DNA from: a virus
Taxonomy: Duplodnaviria; Caudoviricetes
Length of the DNA stretch: 43,755 nt
Virus record (IMG/VR): IMGVR_UViG_3300012921_000051
Location: 1 to 43,755 of that record
Reading direction: 5' to 3' (one strand)
Both the position numbers and the translations under genes were made by a program. The notes under the pieces were generated by a model, which searched no databases, was not told the DNA's origin, and worked only from the letters and a program-made list of their open reading frames with translations. Shown piece after piece: positions 28,320 to 38,465 of the stretch. Position 1 is the first letter of the stretch, and every line of letters starts with the position of its first letter.

Positions 28320-31300
28320 GCCTGAACTTCGCCCTCGTTATCGACGGCAATGCGTCCGGCGGCAAGCGAGCCGCGAACGAGGTGACGGTCGCGGTCCAGG
28401 ATCTCGGCCGGGAGGTGCGCAATACATCGGCCAATATGCAGGCGGCCGCGAATGCGAACCGCCAGGCCGAGACGGCGCACCGGGCCGCGGCCGACGCCAT
28501 CCGCGGCGAGACGGCTGCGCAGCGGGACCTGACCGCCGCCGTTCTGCAGTTCGCCGGCGTCCGCGCCCCGACCGCCGATAGCGGGCTGGCGGCGCGGCAG
28601 GCCGATCTCGACGCCTATGGTTCGGCGCTTGACCAGATCCGCGCCAAACACGTGCCGCTGTTCGCGGTGCAGCGGCAATATGGCGAGCAGCTGGAGGAGA
28701 TCGCGGCGGCCGCGCGCGTCGGCGCGATCTCGGAGGACGAGCGGGCCGCGGCTGCCATGCGGGCCAAGGCCGCCTACGACCTGCAGATAATGTCGCTCAC
28801 CCGCGGCGGCGCCTCGACCAAGCTTGCCGCGCACGAGATCCAGAACCTGTCGTTCCAGGTCAACGACATCGCCATGATGCTGCTGTCGGGCCAGTCGTTC
28901 GGCATCATCATGGCGCAGCAGGGCGGCCAGATCGCGCAGATCTTCGGCAAGCGCGGGCTCGGGGAGATTATTCCCGCCCTGGGCACCGGGATCGCGTCGC
29001 TGGTGTCGCCGACCACGATGGCGCTCGCAGCGATCACGGCGCTGTACTACGGGGCAAGCTACGCCTTCTCGGCAATGAGCGACGACGTCGATAAGGTCGA
29101 CAAGGAGCTGGAGGAGCATCGGGAGCTGATCTCCCGGGTGGCCAAGGAGTGGGGGGCGGCGCTTCCCGGCCTGAAGGCTTATAATGACGAATTGGAGCGG
29201 CAGAAGCGCATCCGCGACGCGATCGCGGCACAGCGCCTCGTTGTCCAGGAGAAGTACTCCGACGCTCAAGCGGCCGTGCCGAATGTCCAGGTCGATTTCG
29301 CCGCAGCGCGCGTGGATCTGCAGCAGTTGGGTGTCGACGCTCAGGCGATCGACCTGTTGCAGGGCAAGTTCGATGAGCTGAAAGCAAGTGTCGCCAGCGG
29401 CAAGGCCGAGGTCAAGGACGTCGATGCCGTCCTGAAGCTTCTGGCGCAGACCACCGGCGAGCACACCCCGCCCGCAGTCGAAGCGGCGGTCGCGAGCCTG
29501 AAGCAGCTGAGTGAACAGCTGGCGATCGCGAGCCGCGAGGCAGAGAAATTCCGTCTCATCCAGGACGGCGGAATCATCAATGCCGATGGCCGGACGTCGA
29601 TCCTCTCGCCACTCAATCCGCTGGACGGGTTTAACGGGACGCCCTTCCAGAACGCCGAGCAGATCATGTTCGAGCGGTCGCGCCGCCAGCGCGAGCTGGA
29701 GGAGCAGCTGCGGCTCGGAAAGGAGCTGGGCGGGTTCGTTCCCATGCCAGCCCCCAACCGCGAGGATGCGCTGCCTTCGGCAAATGACGTGCTGCGCGGG
29801 CAGGAGGAGCGGCTCGAGTTCCTGCGGCTCGAGGCGCAGCTGATCGGGGCGTCGGACGCGGTGCGGGCGCGCCTCATGGCCCGGCTGGAGGCCGAGCAGG
29901 ATCTGCGCCGTCGCGACATCGACTTGCAGAGCGAGGAAGCGCGGTCGGTCATCGCCAATGCGGAGGCGATCGCCGAAGCGGAGGACAAGATCGAGCGCGG
30001 TGCACGTGCCTGGGACAGGTTCCGGTCGGCCGGCGAGAACGCGATCGACACGCTTGTCGACAAACTGTCCGAGGGCGACATCGAGGGCGCGCTGGAGGCG
30101 CTTGCCAAGGATTCTCTCAAATACGCTCTGGAGATGGCGGTCAAGAACCCGCTGAAGAACCTGGCGTTCAATGACAATCTACCGACGATGGCCGATTTGC
30201 CGGGCGTGATCGCGCGGATGCTCGGCGGGGCCGACAAGAGCGCCGAGTCGGCGATCGACGCGATCGCCGGGCAGACGGTCGGCTCGATGAACGTCACGGC
30301 CGCTACCGTGATGATCAATGGCGGGATTGCCGGCGCGGGCGGGATTGTGGGCAACCCTGCCGCCAATGTGACTAAGCTGCTCTCGCCGGCGAACAGCAAC
30401 GACCCGAATGTCGGCTCGACGATCGATTTCATGCGGGCAGGCAACGGCCGTCGCTCGCCCTGGAGCTTCCTGGATCTGATCGGGCAAGCCGAGGGCACCG
30501 ATCGGGGCCGCGGCTATAACGAGACCCTCGGCTACGGCGCCTTCACTGGCGGCGATCGCAATCTCACCGGCATGACGCTCGATGAGATCGACGCCTTGCA
30601 GCGGCAGATGCTGGCGCACCCGGCCAACACGTTCAATTCGTCGGCGCTGGGCCGCTACCAGATCACTGGCCGCACGTTGCGCGGCCTGCGCGGGCAAATG
30701 GGCCTCACCGGCTCGGAGCTGTTCGACGAGGACATGCAGGACCGGCTCGCGATCCAGCTGGCGCAGGGCCGGGGCGCGAACGTGGCCGGGCTGCGCAACG
30801 AGTGGGAGGGGCTCCGCAACGTCGATCCGGCGGAGATCCTGAGGTCCTTTCAGGGCACGAGCGACGCCGTCTCCCAGCTCGGCAAGGTGGCGCTGCCTGC
30901 ATCCGAGAACCTGGACGTCTTCGGGTCCGGGGTCGGCGATATCGCCAAGTCGCTCCTCGGCGGCGGTGACGCGGGCGCCGGCGGCGGCTTCATGAGCTGG
31001 ATCATGAAACTGCTGGGCGGCATTGGCGGCTTTGCCGAGGGAACCGATGGCGCACCGGAAGGCTGGCACTGGGTCGGCGAGAAGGGGCCGGAACTGCGCA
31101 GGCTGCGCCAGGGCGACGTGATCCGCAGCAACGAGCGATCGAGACAGATGGTCGCCGAAAGCGCGACACCGGCGGCCGGCTTCGCAACCGGCGGTGCCGG
31201 CCAGGCAGCTGCACCGGTGTTGATCCCTCAGAAGCAGACGATCGTGCACAACTATGCCGGTGACGACGTGACCACCCGGCAAGAGGATGACGGTCAGGGC

Positions 31301-31420
31301 GGCGTGCGCGAGGAGATCTTCGTCGAGCGACGGGTGGCAGCCGCGATCAACCGGCCAGGTTCAGCCGCTTACACCGCACTGGCCGAGCGCGGGGTCCCGC
31401 CGAGGAGGATCCAGCGGTGA
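28316..31420 (+). CDS. tail tape measure protein with embedded lysozyme-like domain
   Basis: NLSFQVNDI...QQGGQI tape-measure motif; long helical body; FLDLIGQAEGT...SALGRYQI...QDRLA; VGEKGPE. Confidence 0.9.
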   Translation: MSLNFALVIDGNASGGKRAANEVTVAVQDLGREVRNTSANMQAAANANRQAETAHRAAADAIRGETAAQRDLTAAVLQFAGVRAPTADSGLAARQADLDAYGSALDQIRAKHVPLFAVQRQYGEQLEEIAAAARVGAISEDERAAAAMRAKAAYDLQIMSLTRGGASTKLAAHEIQNLSFQVNDIAMMLLSGQSFGIIMAQQGGQIAQIFGKRGLGEIIPALGTGIASLVSPTTMALAAITALYYGASYAFSAMSDDVDKVDKELEEHRELISRVAKEWGAALPGLKAYNDELERQKRIRDAIAAQRLVVQEKYSDAQAAVPNVQVDFAAARVDLQQLGVDAQAIDLLQGKFDELKASVASGKAEVKDVDAVLKLLAQTTGEHTPPAVEAAVASLKQLSEQLAIASREAEKFRLIQDGGIINADGRTSILSPLNPLDGFNGTPFQNAEQIMFERSRRQRELEEQLRLGKELGGFVPMPAPNREDALPSANDVLRGQEERLEFLRLEAQLIGASDAVRARLMARLEAEQDLRRRDIDLQSEEARSVIANAEAIAEAEDKIERGARAWDRFRSAGENAIDTLVDKLSEGDIEGALEALAKDSLKYALEMAVKNPLKNLAFNDNLPTMADLPGVIARMLGGADKSAESAIDAIAGQTVGSMNVTAATVMINGGIAGAGGIVGNPAANVTKLLSPANSNDPNVGSTIDFMRAGNGRRSPWSFLDLIGQAEGTDRGRGYNETLGYGAFTGGDRNLTGMTLDEIDALQRQMLAHPANTFNSSALGRYQITGRTLRGLRGQMGLTGSELFDEDMQDRLAIQLAQGRGANVAGLRNEWEGLRNVDPAEILRSFQGTSDAVSQLGKVALPASENLDVFGSGVGDIAKSLLGGGDAGAGGGFMSWIMKLLGGIGGFAEGTDGAPEGWHWVGEKGPELRRLRQGDVIRSNERSRQMVAESATPAAGFATGGAGQAAAPVLIPQKQTIVHNYAGDDVTTRQEDDGQGGVREEIFVERRVAAAINRPGSAAYTALAERGVPPRRIQR

Positions 31421-31839
31421 CACTCCCCTGGTATCCACCCGAGTTGCCGAGGCCAAACCGCGACGGCTACGAGCTCGCGCACGGCGATGGCCGCTCGATC
31501 GGCCGGACCGACAGAGGCTCCCCAATCCGGCACGGGCGCGTCTCGAATGTCCCGGAGACGGTGTCTTTTGTCACCGACCTTTCGCTGTCGCAGAGGGCGC
31601 GGTTCTTGCGGTTCTATCGCGAGGATACCGCCAAGGGGACATTGCCCTTCCAGATTCCCGACTGGTCCGTGCACGGCACCCCGATGCTGAAGGCGGACGG
31701 CACGCCGTTGCTGAAGGCGGACGGCGCGCCGCTCCTCATATCGCGGATCTGGCTTTGTGTCTTCGGCGAGCAGCTGCCCAAGGAAAGGCCGCGCGGTGTC
31801 GAGATCCGCGTCAGCTTCAATCTCCTGGTGATGCCATGA
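31417..31839 (+). CDS. distal tail-like protein
   Basis: Follows the tape measure; YPPELPRP, GTLPFQIPD; contains a 24-bp tandem duplication (LKADGTP/LKADGAP). Confidence 0.7.
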   Translation: MTLPWYPPELPRPNRDGYELAHGDGRSIGRTDRGSPIRHGRVSNVPETVSFVTDLSLSQRARFLRFYREDTAKGTLPFQIPDWSVHGTPMLKADGTPLLKADGAPLLISRIWLCVFGEQLPKERPRGVEIRVSFNLLVMP

Positions 31840-32354
31840 GGTACATCTCCTTCAATAAGCGCGCCCAGGCTGACGCGGAATCGACCGCAGAGGTCGAAGT
31901 CGTGCTGATCAAGATCACGCACCGGCTGCTCCCGTCGGCGATCCGACTCTCCTCCGACAATGCTGAACGGCTCTCAGTCGAGCCGCTCATCTACGGAACG
32001 CGCTCGACCTGGCTTACGGACGACGGCTCGCCGTTCCAGTTCATCGTCATGGGCGTCCAAGTGCCCGACGAGACCGACGACCAGAGCATGGGCGCTAATC
32101 TGGTCATAGCCGACCTCGACAGCGAACTGGCCGAGATCCTGACATCCACGACCGAGCCTGCCATCGTGTCGATGGCCCTGGTCTATGCATCGAGCCCCGA
32201 CGAGGTCCAGCGCGACTTCCTCGATCTGCCGCTGAAGAGCGCGGACGGCGGCGGCGACCGCATCGTGTTTGCCATGTCCCGGGATCTGCTCGACCAGGAG
32301 ACCATCCCGGCCGACCGGATGACGAAGGAACGCTTTCCGGGGCTATACCAATGA
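31836..32354 (+). CDS. minor tail protein (DUF1833-like)
   Basis: LIKITH..L...IRLS, MTKERFPGLY. Confidence 0.7.
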   Translation: MRYISFNKRAQADAESTAEVEVVLIKITHRLLPSAIRLSSDNAERLSVEPLIYGTRSTWLTDDGSPFQFIVMGVQVPDETDDQSMGANLVIADLDSELAEILTSTTEPAIVSMALVYASSPDEVQRDFLDLPLKSADGGGDRIVFAMSRDLLDQETIPADRMTKERFPGLYQ

Positions 32355-32764
32355 GGCACTGGAGCGTCCCCTTTGTAGGTATTCCCCTGGTCAACCGAGG
32401 CCGCTCGCCGGCAGGCGTCGACTGCTGGGGCGCAGTCTGGCTGGTCCACACCGTCCACCTCGGCCACGCGGATTTTCCATCATACGCGGAGCGCTATGTC
32501 AGCGACGAAGAGCGCGCCGAGATCGCGTCGATCGTCGCCGGCGAGGCCGAACAGCCCATCTGGCGCAAGATCGAGCACGAGCCCGAGCCGTTCGACATCC
32601 TGTTCTTTCGTGTCGGCCGGTGGGATTCGCATGCGGCCCTCGTCGTGGACCGCTTGCACGTGTTGCACGCGTCGACCGACGCCGGTCAGACGGTGGTCGA
32701 GCGCCGCGATGCCGTGCGCATGCCGTTCGCCTTTGCCGGCCGCTATGTCGGGAGGCGTCCATGA
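32351..32764 (+). CDS. NlpC/P60 tail-associated peptidase
   Basis: GRSPAGVDCWG, HAALV, VLHA catalytic Cys/His pattern. Confidence 0.85.
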   Translation: MRHWSVPFVGIPLVNRGRSPAGVDCWGAVWLVHTVHLGHADFPSYAERYVSDEERAEIASIVAGEAEQPIWRKIEHEPEPFDILFFRVGRWDSHAALVVDRLHVLHASTDAGQTVVERRDAVRMPFAFAGRYVGRRP

Positions 32765-35700
32765 CCTCGCTGCCCGTTCCCATTACCGCCATGCGTCATG
32801 TAGAGCCAGACGTGGCGCGGCTGCATGTCGAGCTCCCGGAAGGCCTGACGATCGCCGAGATCGTGCTGCAGGTCATGCCTGGGCTGCCCGAGACTGCGCT
32901 TGACCGACTGCGCGTCGTGCTGGTGACGCCGAAGGGAGAGGTCGCCATCCGGAGGGGCCTGTGGCATCGCGTGCGGCCGCATGCCGGGGTGCACGTCATC
33001 CTGCGGGTCGTGTCTGGCAAGGGAGCGCTCAAGTCCGTCCTGTTCGCGTTGGTCGCGATCGCGGCGGCCGCACTGACCGGGCCGATCGCCTTTCTGTTGA
33101 CCGGGCCGCTCGGAACCTCATCGATCGGCTACGGCATCCTCAAGGCTGGCATCACGCTCGCGCTGACGATGGCCGGTGGGCTGCTGATCAATGCGCTGAT
33201 GCCGAAGCAGGAGAAGGAGACCGAGAAACCGGCCTACCTTCTGTCCGGCTGGCGCAACAGCTTCACGCACAATCAGCCGGTGCCCGACCCGATGGGCCGC
33301 ATTCGCTACGCGCCGCCTTTCGCAGCGATGAGCTGGACCGAGGTCGTCGGCGACTATCTCTATGCGCGCGCCCTTTTCCTCGTCGGCTACGGGCCGATCG
33401 AAGTCTCTGACCTCAAGTTCGGCGACACGCCGGTCTCCACCTATGAGGAGGTGGTCGTGGAAGTCCGCGAGGGCTGGCCCGACGACGAGCCGCAGACGAT
33501 CTTCCCGCGCCAGGTGATCGAGGTTCCGCAGGGCGCCGATCTGACCAGGCCAAGGCCGCGCGACGAATACGGCAACAAGATCGTCGGGCCTTCGATACCG
33601 AAGCCGGTGGCCCGTTTCTCCGCCAACGATGCGACCGGCTGCGGCCTGCTCCTGTCCTTCCCGATGGGGCAGATGCGCATCGATGACGAGGGCGAGGAGC
33701 ATTCGTGGCCGATCGATCTCGACATCCGCTACCGGCTGGCGGGCACGAGCGAGTGGACAGAAACGGACGGATTCCACCTCACGCGCAAGACGAAGGACGC
33801 GTTCTTCCGGCTGGTTCCGATCGATTTTCCGGTGCGTGGCCGCTACGAGATCGAGGTGTTGCGAACGTCCGAGGAAGAAGTGGCGGCGGACGACTATGGC
33901 GGCGTCACCTACCTCGCGCGATGCACATGGGTGGCGCTGCAATCCTATCGGCCGGAGTACCCGATCAACTTCTCGAAGCCGATCACGACGATCGGGTTCC
34001 GCGCGAAGGCGACGGCGCAGCTCAACGGAACGATCGACAATTTCAACCTGATCGCCGAGCCCCTGCGCCGCGACTGGCACGCGGCGATCGAAAGCTGGGT
34101 CGTGCGCAAGACGCGCAACCCTTCCTCCTACGGTATCCGCCTGGTGCAGGGCCCGATCAACCCTTTCCCAGCGAGCGACGCGCAGATCGACTGGCCGGCA
34201 TTCGAGGCATGGCACGACTTCTGCGTCCTCAAGGGGCTTACCTACGATCGCGTGCACGATTTCGACGCCTCCTTCGACGAGGTGAAGGCGGCGATCGGGG
34301 CGGCGGGTCGTGCGGCCATCCGCTTCGACGGCGCGAAATGGACGGTTGTGATCGACCGGCCGCGCGAGCTGGTGACGGCACACATCAATCCTCGAAACAG
34401 CCGGGACTTCACATGGTCGGCCTCCTACTTCCGTCCCCCGGACGCGCTGCGGGTACAGTTCCAGGACGAGACGGCAGACTTCGGATCGGCCGAGCGGCTG
34501 ATCCCTTGGCCGGTCGACCTGAAGTTCGCCACCTGGGCGCTGCTCTCTGCCGATCTGGATCACGACGAGGGCACCGAGGCCGAGGTCCATTCGGATCCGC
34601 TGGCGATGAACAATGGCATCTGGACAAAGGTCGGCGCGGCCGGCGCCGGCTCCTGGACGCTTAAGCCGATCAAACTCACCGAGCGGCTCGAACTTCCGGG
34701 TGTCGTCAATCCGGATCGCGTGTTCATCGAAGCCCGGCGGCGCCAGCACGAGATCATGCATCGCGCTGTGCGCTACAGCGCCGTGCAGCTGGGCAACATC
34801 CGGACCGCTACGCCCGGCGACCTGGTGATGGCCTCGCGCGATGTCATCCGCCGTGTTGCCCATTCGGCGCGGGTGCGGTTCGTCTCCGACAACATGGTCG
34901 TGCTCGACGACGCCTTCGAGATGGTCGAAGGCGAGACTTATGCGATCCGCTTCCGGATCTTCCCGGTTGACGCGCCCGACTATGCTGTCGTGAGGCCGGT
35001 CGCCACTTTTGCCGGACGTACGAGCGTTGTCTACATGACCGGCACCGGGGAGGCGCCTGCGCCGCGCTCGATCGTGCATTTCGGGCCGGCTGCCTCCGAC
35101 TCGATCCCGCTGATCGTGGCGGCGATCGAGCGCGGCCAGGACGACACGTCGGTGCTGCAGATGCTGCCGGCGGCGGAGATCATCGACGAAAAGACCGACG
35201 CCGAGATTCCCTACCCTTGGACCGGGCGGACGGGTCCGACCTATCCGACCGTCACCGTGCCCGCGGCGCCGCGCTTCGCCGGCATCGAGACCGGCTTCAC
35301 CGGGACCGGAGATCCGGACGGCCTGATCGTCCGTCTCGCGCCAGGCTCCGGCAGCACCGCGATCGTCACCGGGTATCGGCTATATCACCGCCTTGCCGGC
35401 TCTGGCGTCTGGGAGCCGTCGATCTACAGCTCGGCGGCGGAAGCTGCGGTCAACGTGCCTTCCTACACTGCCGGCGACTTGGTTGAGCTGCAGGCGATGG
35501 CGATCGGGCTGGACAGCGTTGACGGGCCGTTGGGGCCGGTGGTGACGATCGAGGTCGGCCTGGACGACGAGGACTTGCCGGACGCATTGCCAGAGGCCTC
35601 GGTGGTCGTCTCGCTCGGCCGGGCCGAGCTCTCCTTTATGACCGACGACGACGCCAAGACCGTCAAGGTTCAAATCTACCACAATACGACGGGGGCGACT

Positions 35701-36243
35701 CCAACCGCCGCCAACAAGTGGGGCGCGCCGATCGCGGTCACTCAGAACGAGGCCTATCAGCGCACGCACGGCGACCCGACCCGGTCGAGCGGCTTCACCG
35801 CGGGGGACTTCTCCGACGCGGCGCCCTGGTCGGCTGGCACCGGCCTCACGATCGCGTCGGGCAAAGTCACCGCTGTTGCAGGGACGATGTCGGCACTGAC
35901 CCAGCCTTCGTCGCCGGCCGCCGGACAGGTATGGCGGTTCGCGATCGACGCTATCATCACTGCCGGTGGCATCTGGGCGCGCTTTGGCGGCGGCGGCGGC
36001 GTCAACGGGCTCACGCACACTGCGTCCGGTCGCTTGCAGGACCGCCTGGTTGCGGGATCCGGACACACGCTGTCGGGCTGGCAGAAGAACGCCAGCTTTG
36101 CCGGCGAGCTCGACAATGCTGTGCGGTTCCTCGAGACGCCGACCTGCATCTCCCAGGGCCTTCACTACTACTGGTTTGAACCCCTCAACGAAGACGATCG
36201 CGGCGGTCCGATGTCCGGACCCTTCGCTGTCCTTGTCGATTAG
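32761..36243 (+). CDS. tail tip / host-specificity protein (J-like)
   Basis: G.RN, PVPDPMGRIRYAPP, ATAQLNGTIDNFN, TRNPS; 1160 aa; after NlpC. Confidence 0.85.
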   Translation: MTSLPVPITAMRHVEPDVARLHVELPEGLTIAEIVLQVMPGLPETALDRLRVVLVTPKGEVAIRRGLWHRVRPHAGVHVILRVVSGKGALKSVLFALVAIAAAALTGPIAFLLTGPLGTSSIGYGILKAGITLALTMAGGLLINALMPKQEKETEKPAYLLSGWRNSFTHNQPVPDPMGRIRYAPPFAAMSWTEVVGDYLYARALFLVGYGPIEVSDLKFGDTPVSTYEEVVVEVREGWPDDEPQTIFPRQVIEVPQGADLTRPRPRDEYGNKIVGPSIPKPVARFSANDATGCGLLLSFPMGQMRIDDEGEEHSWPIDLDIRYRLAGTSEWTETDGFHLTRKTKDAFFRLVPIDFPVRGRYEIEVLRTSEEEVAADDYGGVTYLARCTWVALQSYRPEYPINFSKPITTIGFRAKATAQLNGTIDNFNLIAEPLRRDWHAAIESWVVRKTRNPSSYGIRLVQGPINPFPASDAQIDWPAFEAWHDFCVLKGLTYDRVHDFDASFDEVKAAIGAAGRAAIRFDGAKWTVVIDRPRELVTAHINPRNSRDFTWSASYFRPPDALRVQFQDETADFGSAERLIPWPVDLKFATWALLSADLDHDEGTEAEVHSDPLAMNNGIWTKVGAAGAGSWTLKPIKLTERLELPGVVNPDRVFIEARRRQHEIMHRAVRYSAVQLGNIRTATPGDLVMASRDVIRRVAHSARVRFVSDNMVVLDDAFEMVEGETYAIRFRIFPVDAPDYAVVRPVATFAGRTSVVYMTGTGEAPAPRSIVHFGPAASDSIPLIVAAIERGQDDTSVLQMLPAAEIIDEKTDAEIPYPWTGRTGPTYPTVTVPAAPRFAGIETGFTGTGDPDGLIVRLAPGSGSTAIVTGYRLYHRLAGSGVWEPSIYSSAAEAAVNVPSYTAGDLVELQAMAIGLDSVDGPLGPVVTIEVGLDDEDLPDALPEASVVVSLGRAELSFMTDDDAKTVKVQIYHNTTGATPTAANKWGAPIAVTQNEAYQRTHGDPTRSSGFTAGDFSDAAPWSAGTGLTIASGKVTAVAGTMSALTQPSSPAAGQVWRFAIDAIITAGGIWARFGGGGGVNGLTHTASGRLQDRLVAGSGHTLSGWQKNASFAGELDNAVRFLETPTCISQGLHYYWFEPLNEDDRGGPMSGPFAVLVD

Positions 36244-36252
36244 GAGACCTGA

Positions 36253-38454
36253 ATGCCCATCGGTACGATGACGCCGGATATCCCTCCCTCGGACACGATC
36301 ATGGAGGTGCTCGGCAACGCGCTCGTCGCCGGCGTGCCCGACACCGTTCGCCAGTCCTTCGAGAAGCTGTCGATGCAGCTCGCCAGCACCGGGCCGCTTG
36401 CGACGAGGATCGCGGGAGCGGCCGATGGTTTGGTCCAGGTGAACACCTGGGCACAGCTCGAAGCCATCCCCGGCACGCGGGCCGGCCAGCCAGGACAAGC
36501 GATCGGGCCGGATGCTGGCACGCACACCGATCCCGTCGTCGGCGGCATCGTGCCCAACAAGGGAAAATACACCTGGTCGATGGCGCCGGCAGGCTGGCGC
36601 TGGATCGCCGACTATCAGGCGGTCACAGAGGAGACGATCGACGAGGTCTATGATGCGCTCGCGACCAAAGCCAACGACAGCGCCGTCGTCAAGTTGACAG
36701 GCGACCAGGCGGTTGACGGCGTCAAGACATTCTCAGTCCCGCCGACCTTTCCGACACCGGTCGCGGGCACCAACAATACGCAAGCCGCTACAACGGCCTT
36801 CGTCCAGGCGGCCATCTCGGTCCTGCTCGGCGGCGCTCCGCCGGCGGTGCTGGATACGCTCAGTGAGCTGGCAGCAGCGCTGGGCAATGACGCGAACTTC
36901 GCGGCGACCATCGCGAACGCCCTCACCTTGAAAGCACCGTTGAACAATGCCGCGCTGACCGGGACACCGACCGCGCCGACTGCGGCGCCGGGCACGAATA
37001 CGGCGCAGATCGCGACCACGGCGTTCATAAAGGCTGCCATCGACGTTCTGCAGGACGCGATCGCCAACGCGCTCGCCCTCAAAGCGTCGACTGCCGCACT
37101 TGCTGCCGAGCAGGCGGCCCGTGAGGACGGCGATACCGCTCTTGCCGACGAGATCTTCGAACAGACGGTGGCGCATGTGCCTGGCTATGGCGCCTCTCAC
37201 CCTGGCCCTCTCGTGGTTACGAGCGCGGACGGCTACCTGCTGCAGGCACCGGCGATGACGGAGGCTTACCAATCGCACGATCGCGCCCCTGCCATACTGA
37301 CGAGTCCGGACGGGTTCATGATCTCCCGGCTCGGCTACAACCGGAAGCCGCCCGCCGTGGTCAATGCCGATCAGATCCGGCGCCTCAAGCAGAAGCTCCG
37401 GACGATCGACCACGATCCCGGGGCCACTGCTCGCATCTCCTTCGTGGGTGACAGCTGGTCGGCGTCCACGATGCCGGTCCATTACAGGAATCGCCTCGTC
37501 GCGAAATACGGCGATGCCGGTCCTGGGTGGATCAATCTCTCCGGCTCGAACAACAATTATTGCGCAGACGGTCGGGTCGCGGTCGTTACCACGGGCACGT
37601 GGGCCGATCAGGTCGGCTACGAGGCCACCCCTTCGACGACTACGTCTACGACCTCCAGCTCGGCCGCATACAAGACTGTTGTGGGCGTCGGACCGATTTC
37701 TACCGCATGGTTGCACTTCGTCGCGACCGCCGGGGCGGAGGCATTCTACAGCTGGGGCACCTTCATAAGCGGGAACAGGCTGGACCCCGCCAGGTATACG
37801 TTCGGTGCGGATCAGCCGCTGGACCTGTCCACCGGCTTCCGTATCGGTCTCCCCACCGGCATCCCGTCGGGGCTGGCGACCAATGGGTATTGGGCGCTGC
37901 GGATCGGTCGGTCGACCGGCACGATCAAGATCGGCGGTCTCGACATGCTCAATGGTCTGGGCGGCGTCATCGTGGATTCCTTGGCGAAGGGCGGCTCGAA
38001 CACCGACTTCTGGCTCACCCCACCGCGGGTCGCGTGGCAGACGGCCTACGCGTCCCTCAACACTTCCGGGACGTATTTCCTGCACGGCACGAACGATCAG
38101 GCCGGGACCAAACCCGACTGGGATGTGGCGATCAACTTCGACCATTTCCGGCAGAGGCATCTTGCGGCATCGCCCGCCGCCGACCTGATCTACATGACGC
38201 CGTGCGAGAACTTCCTCGGTCGCCCGCGTCTGATCAAGAACATCTCCGCCGCCGTGCGCGAGATGGCGCTCGACACCAACGTCTGCCACCGCGATCTCCA
38301 GGACACCTTCGGCCCGCTGTCGCGGATGTGGGAGTACCGGCACGAGAGCAAAGGCGGCATTCGACCGCTCTTTAATGTGGACGACGTTCACCCCGATGCC
38401 TTCACCGGCATGCTTTCCATCGCCGCCGCCAACGAAGAACTGATCAACTTCTAA
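36253..38454 (+). CDS. tail fibre with C-terminal SGNH/GDSL hydrolase-like domain
   Basis: Fibre repeats PTFPTP..GTNNTQAATTAFV and LDTLSELAAALGNDANFA; SGNH blocks VGDS, GG, GTND, DDVHP. Confidence 0.85.
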   Translation: MPIGTMTPDIPPSDTIMEVLGNALVAGVPDTVRQSFEKLSMQLASTGPLATRIAGAADGLVQVNTWAQLEAIPGTRAGQPGQAIGPDAGTHTDPVVGGIVPNKGKYTWSMAPAGWRWIADYQAVTEETIDEVYDALATKANDSAVVKLTGDQAVDGVKTFSVPPTFPTPVAGTNNTQAATTAFVQAAISVLLGGAPPAVLDTLSELAAALGNDANFAATIANALTLKAPLNNAALTGTPTAPTAAPGTNTAQIATTAFIKAAIDVLQDAIANALALKASTAALAAEQAAREDGDTALADEIFEQTVAHVPGYGASHPGPLVVTSADGYLLQAPAMTEAYQSHDRAPAILTSPDGFMISRLGYNRKPPAVVNADQIRRLKQKLRTIDHDPGATARISFVGDSWSASTMPVHYRNRLVAKYGDAGPGWINLSGSNNNYCADGRVAVVTTGTWADQVGYEATPSTTTSTTSSSAAYKTVVGVGPISTAWLHFVATAGAEAFYSWGTFISGNRLDPARYTFGADQPLDLSTGFRIGLPTGIPSGLATNGYWALRIGRSTGTIKIGGLDMLNGLGGVIVDSLAKGGSNTDFWLTPPRVAWQTAYASLNTSGTYFLHGTNDQAGTKPDWDVAINFDHFRQRHLAASPAADLIYMTPCENFLGRPRLIKNISAAVREMALDTNVCHRDLQDTFGPLSRMWEYRHESKGGIRPLFNVDDVHPDAFTGMLSIAAANEELINF

Positions 38455-38465
38455 GGATCGATTCC

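Noticed and set aside
31684-31731. 24-bp tandem repeat
   Set aside because: In-frame two-copy duplication within a tail gene; no sign of an array or phase variation.
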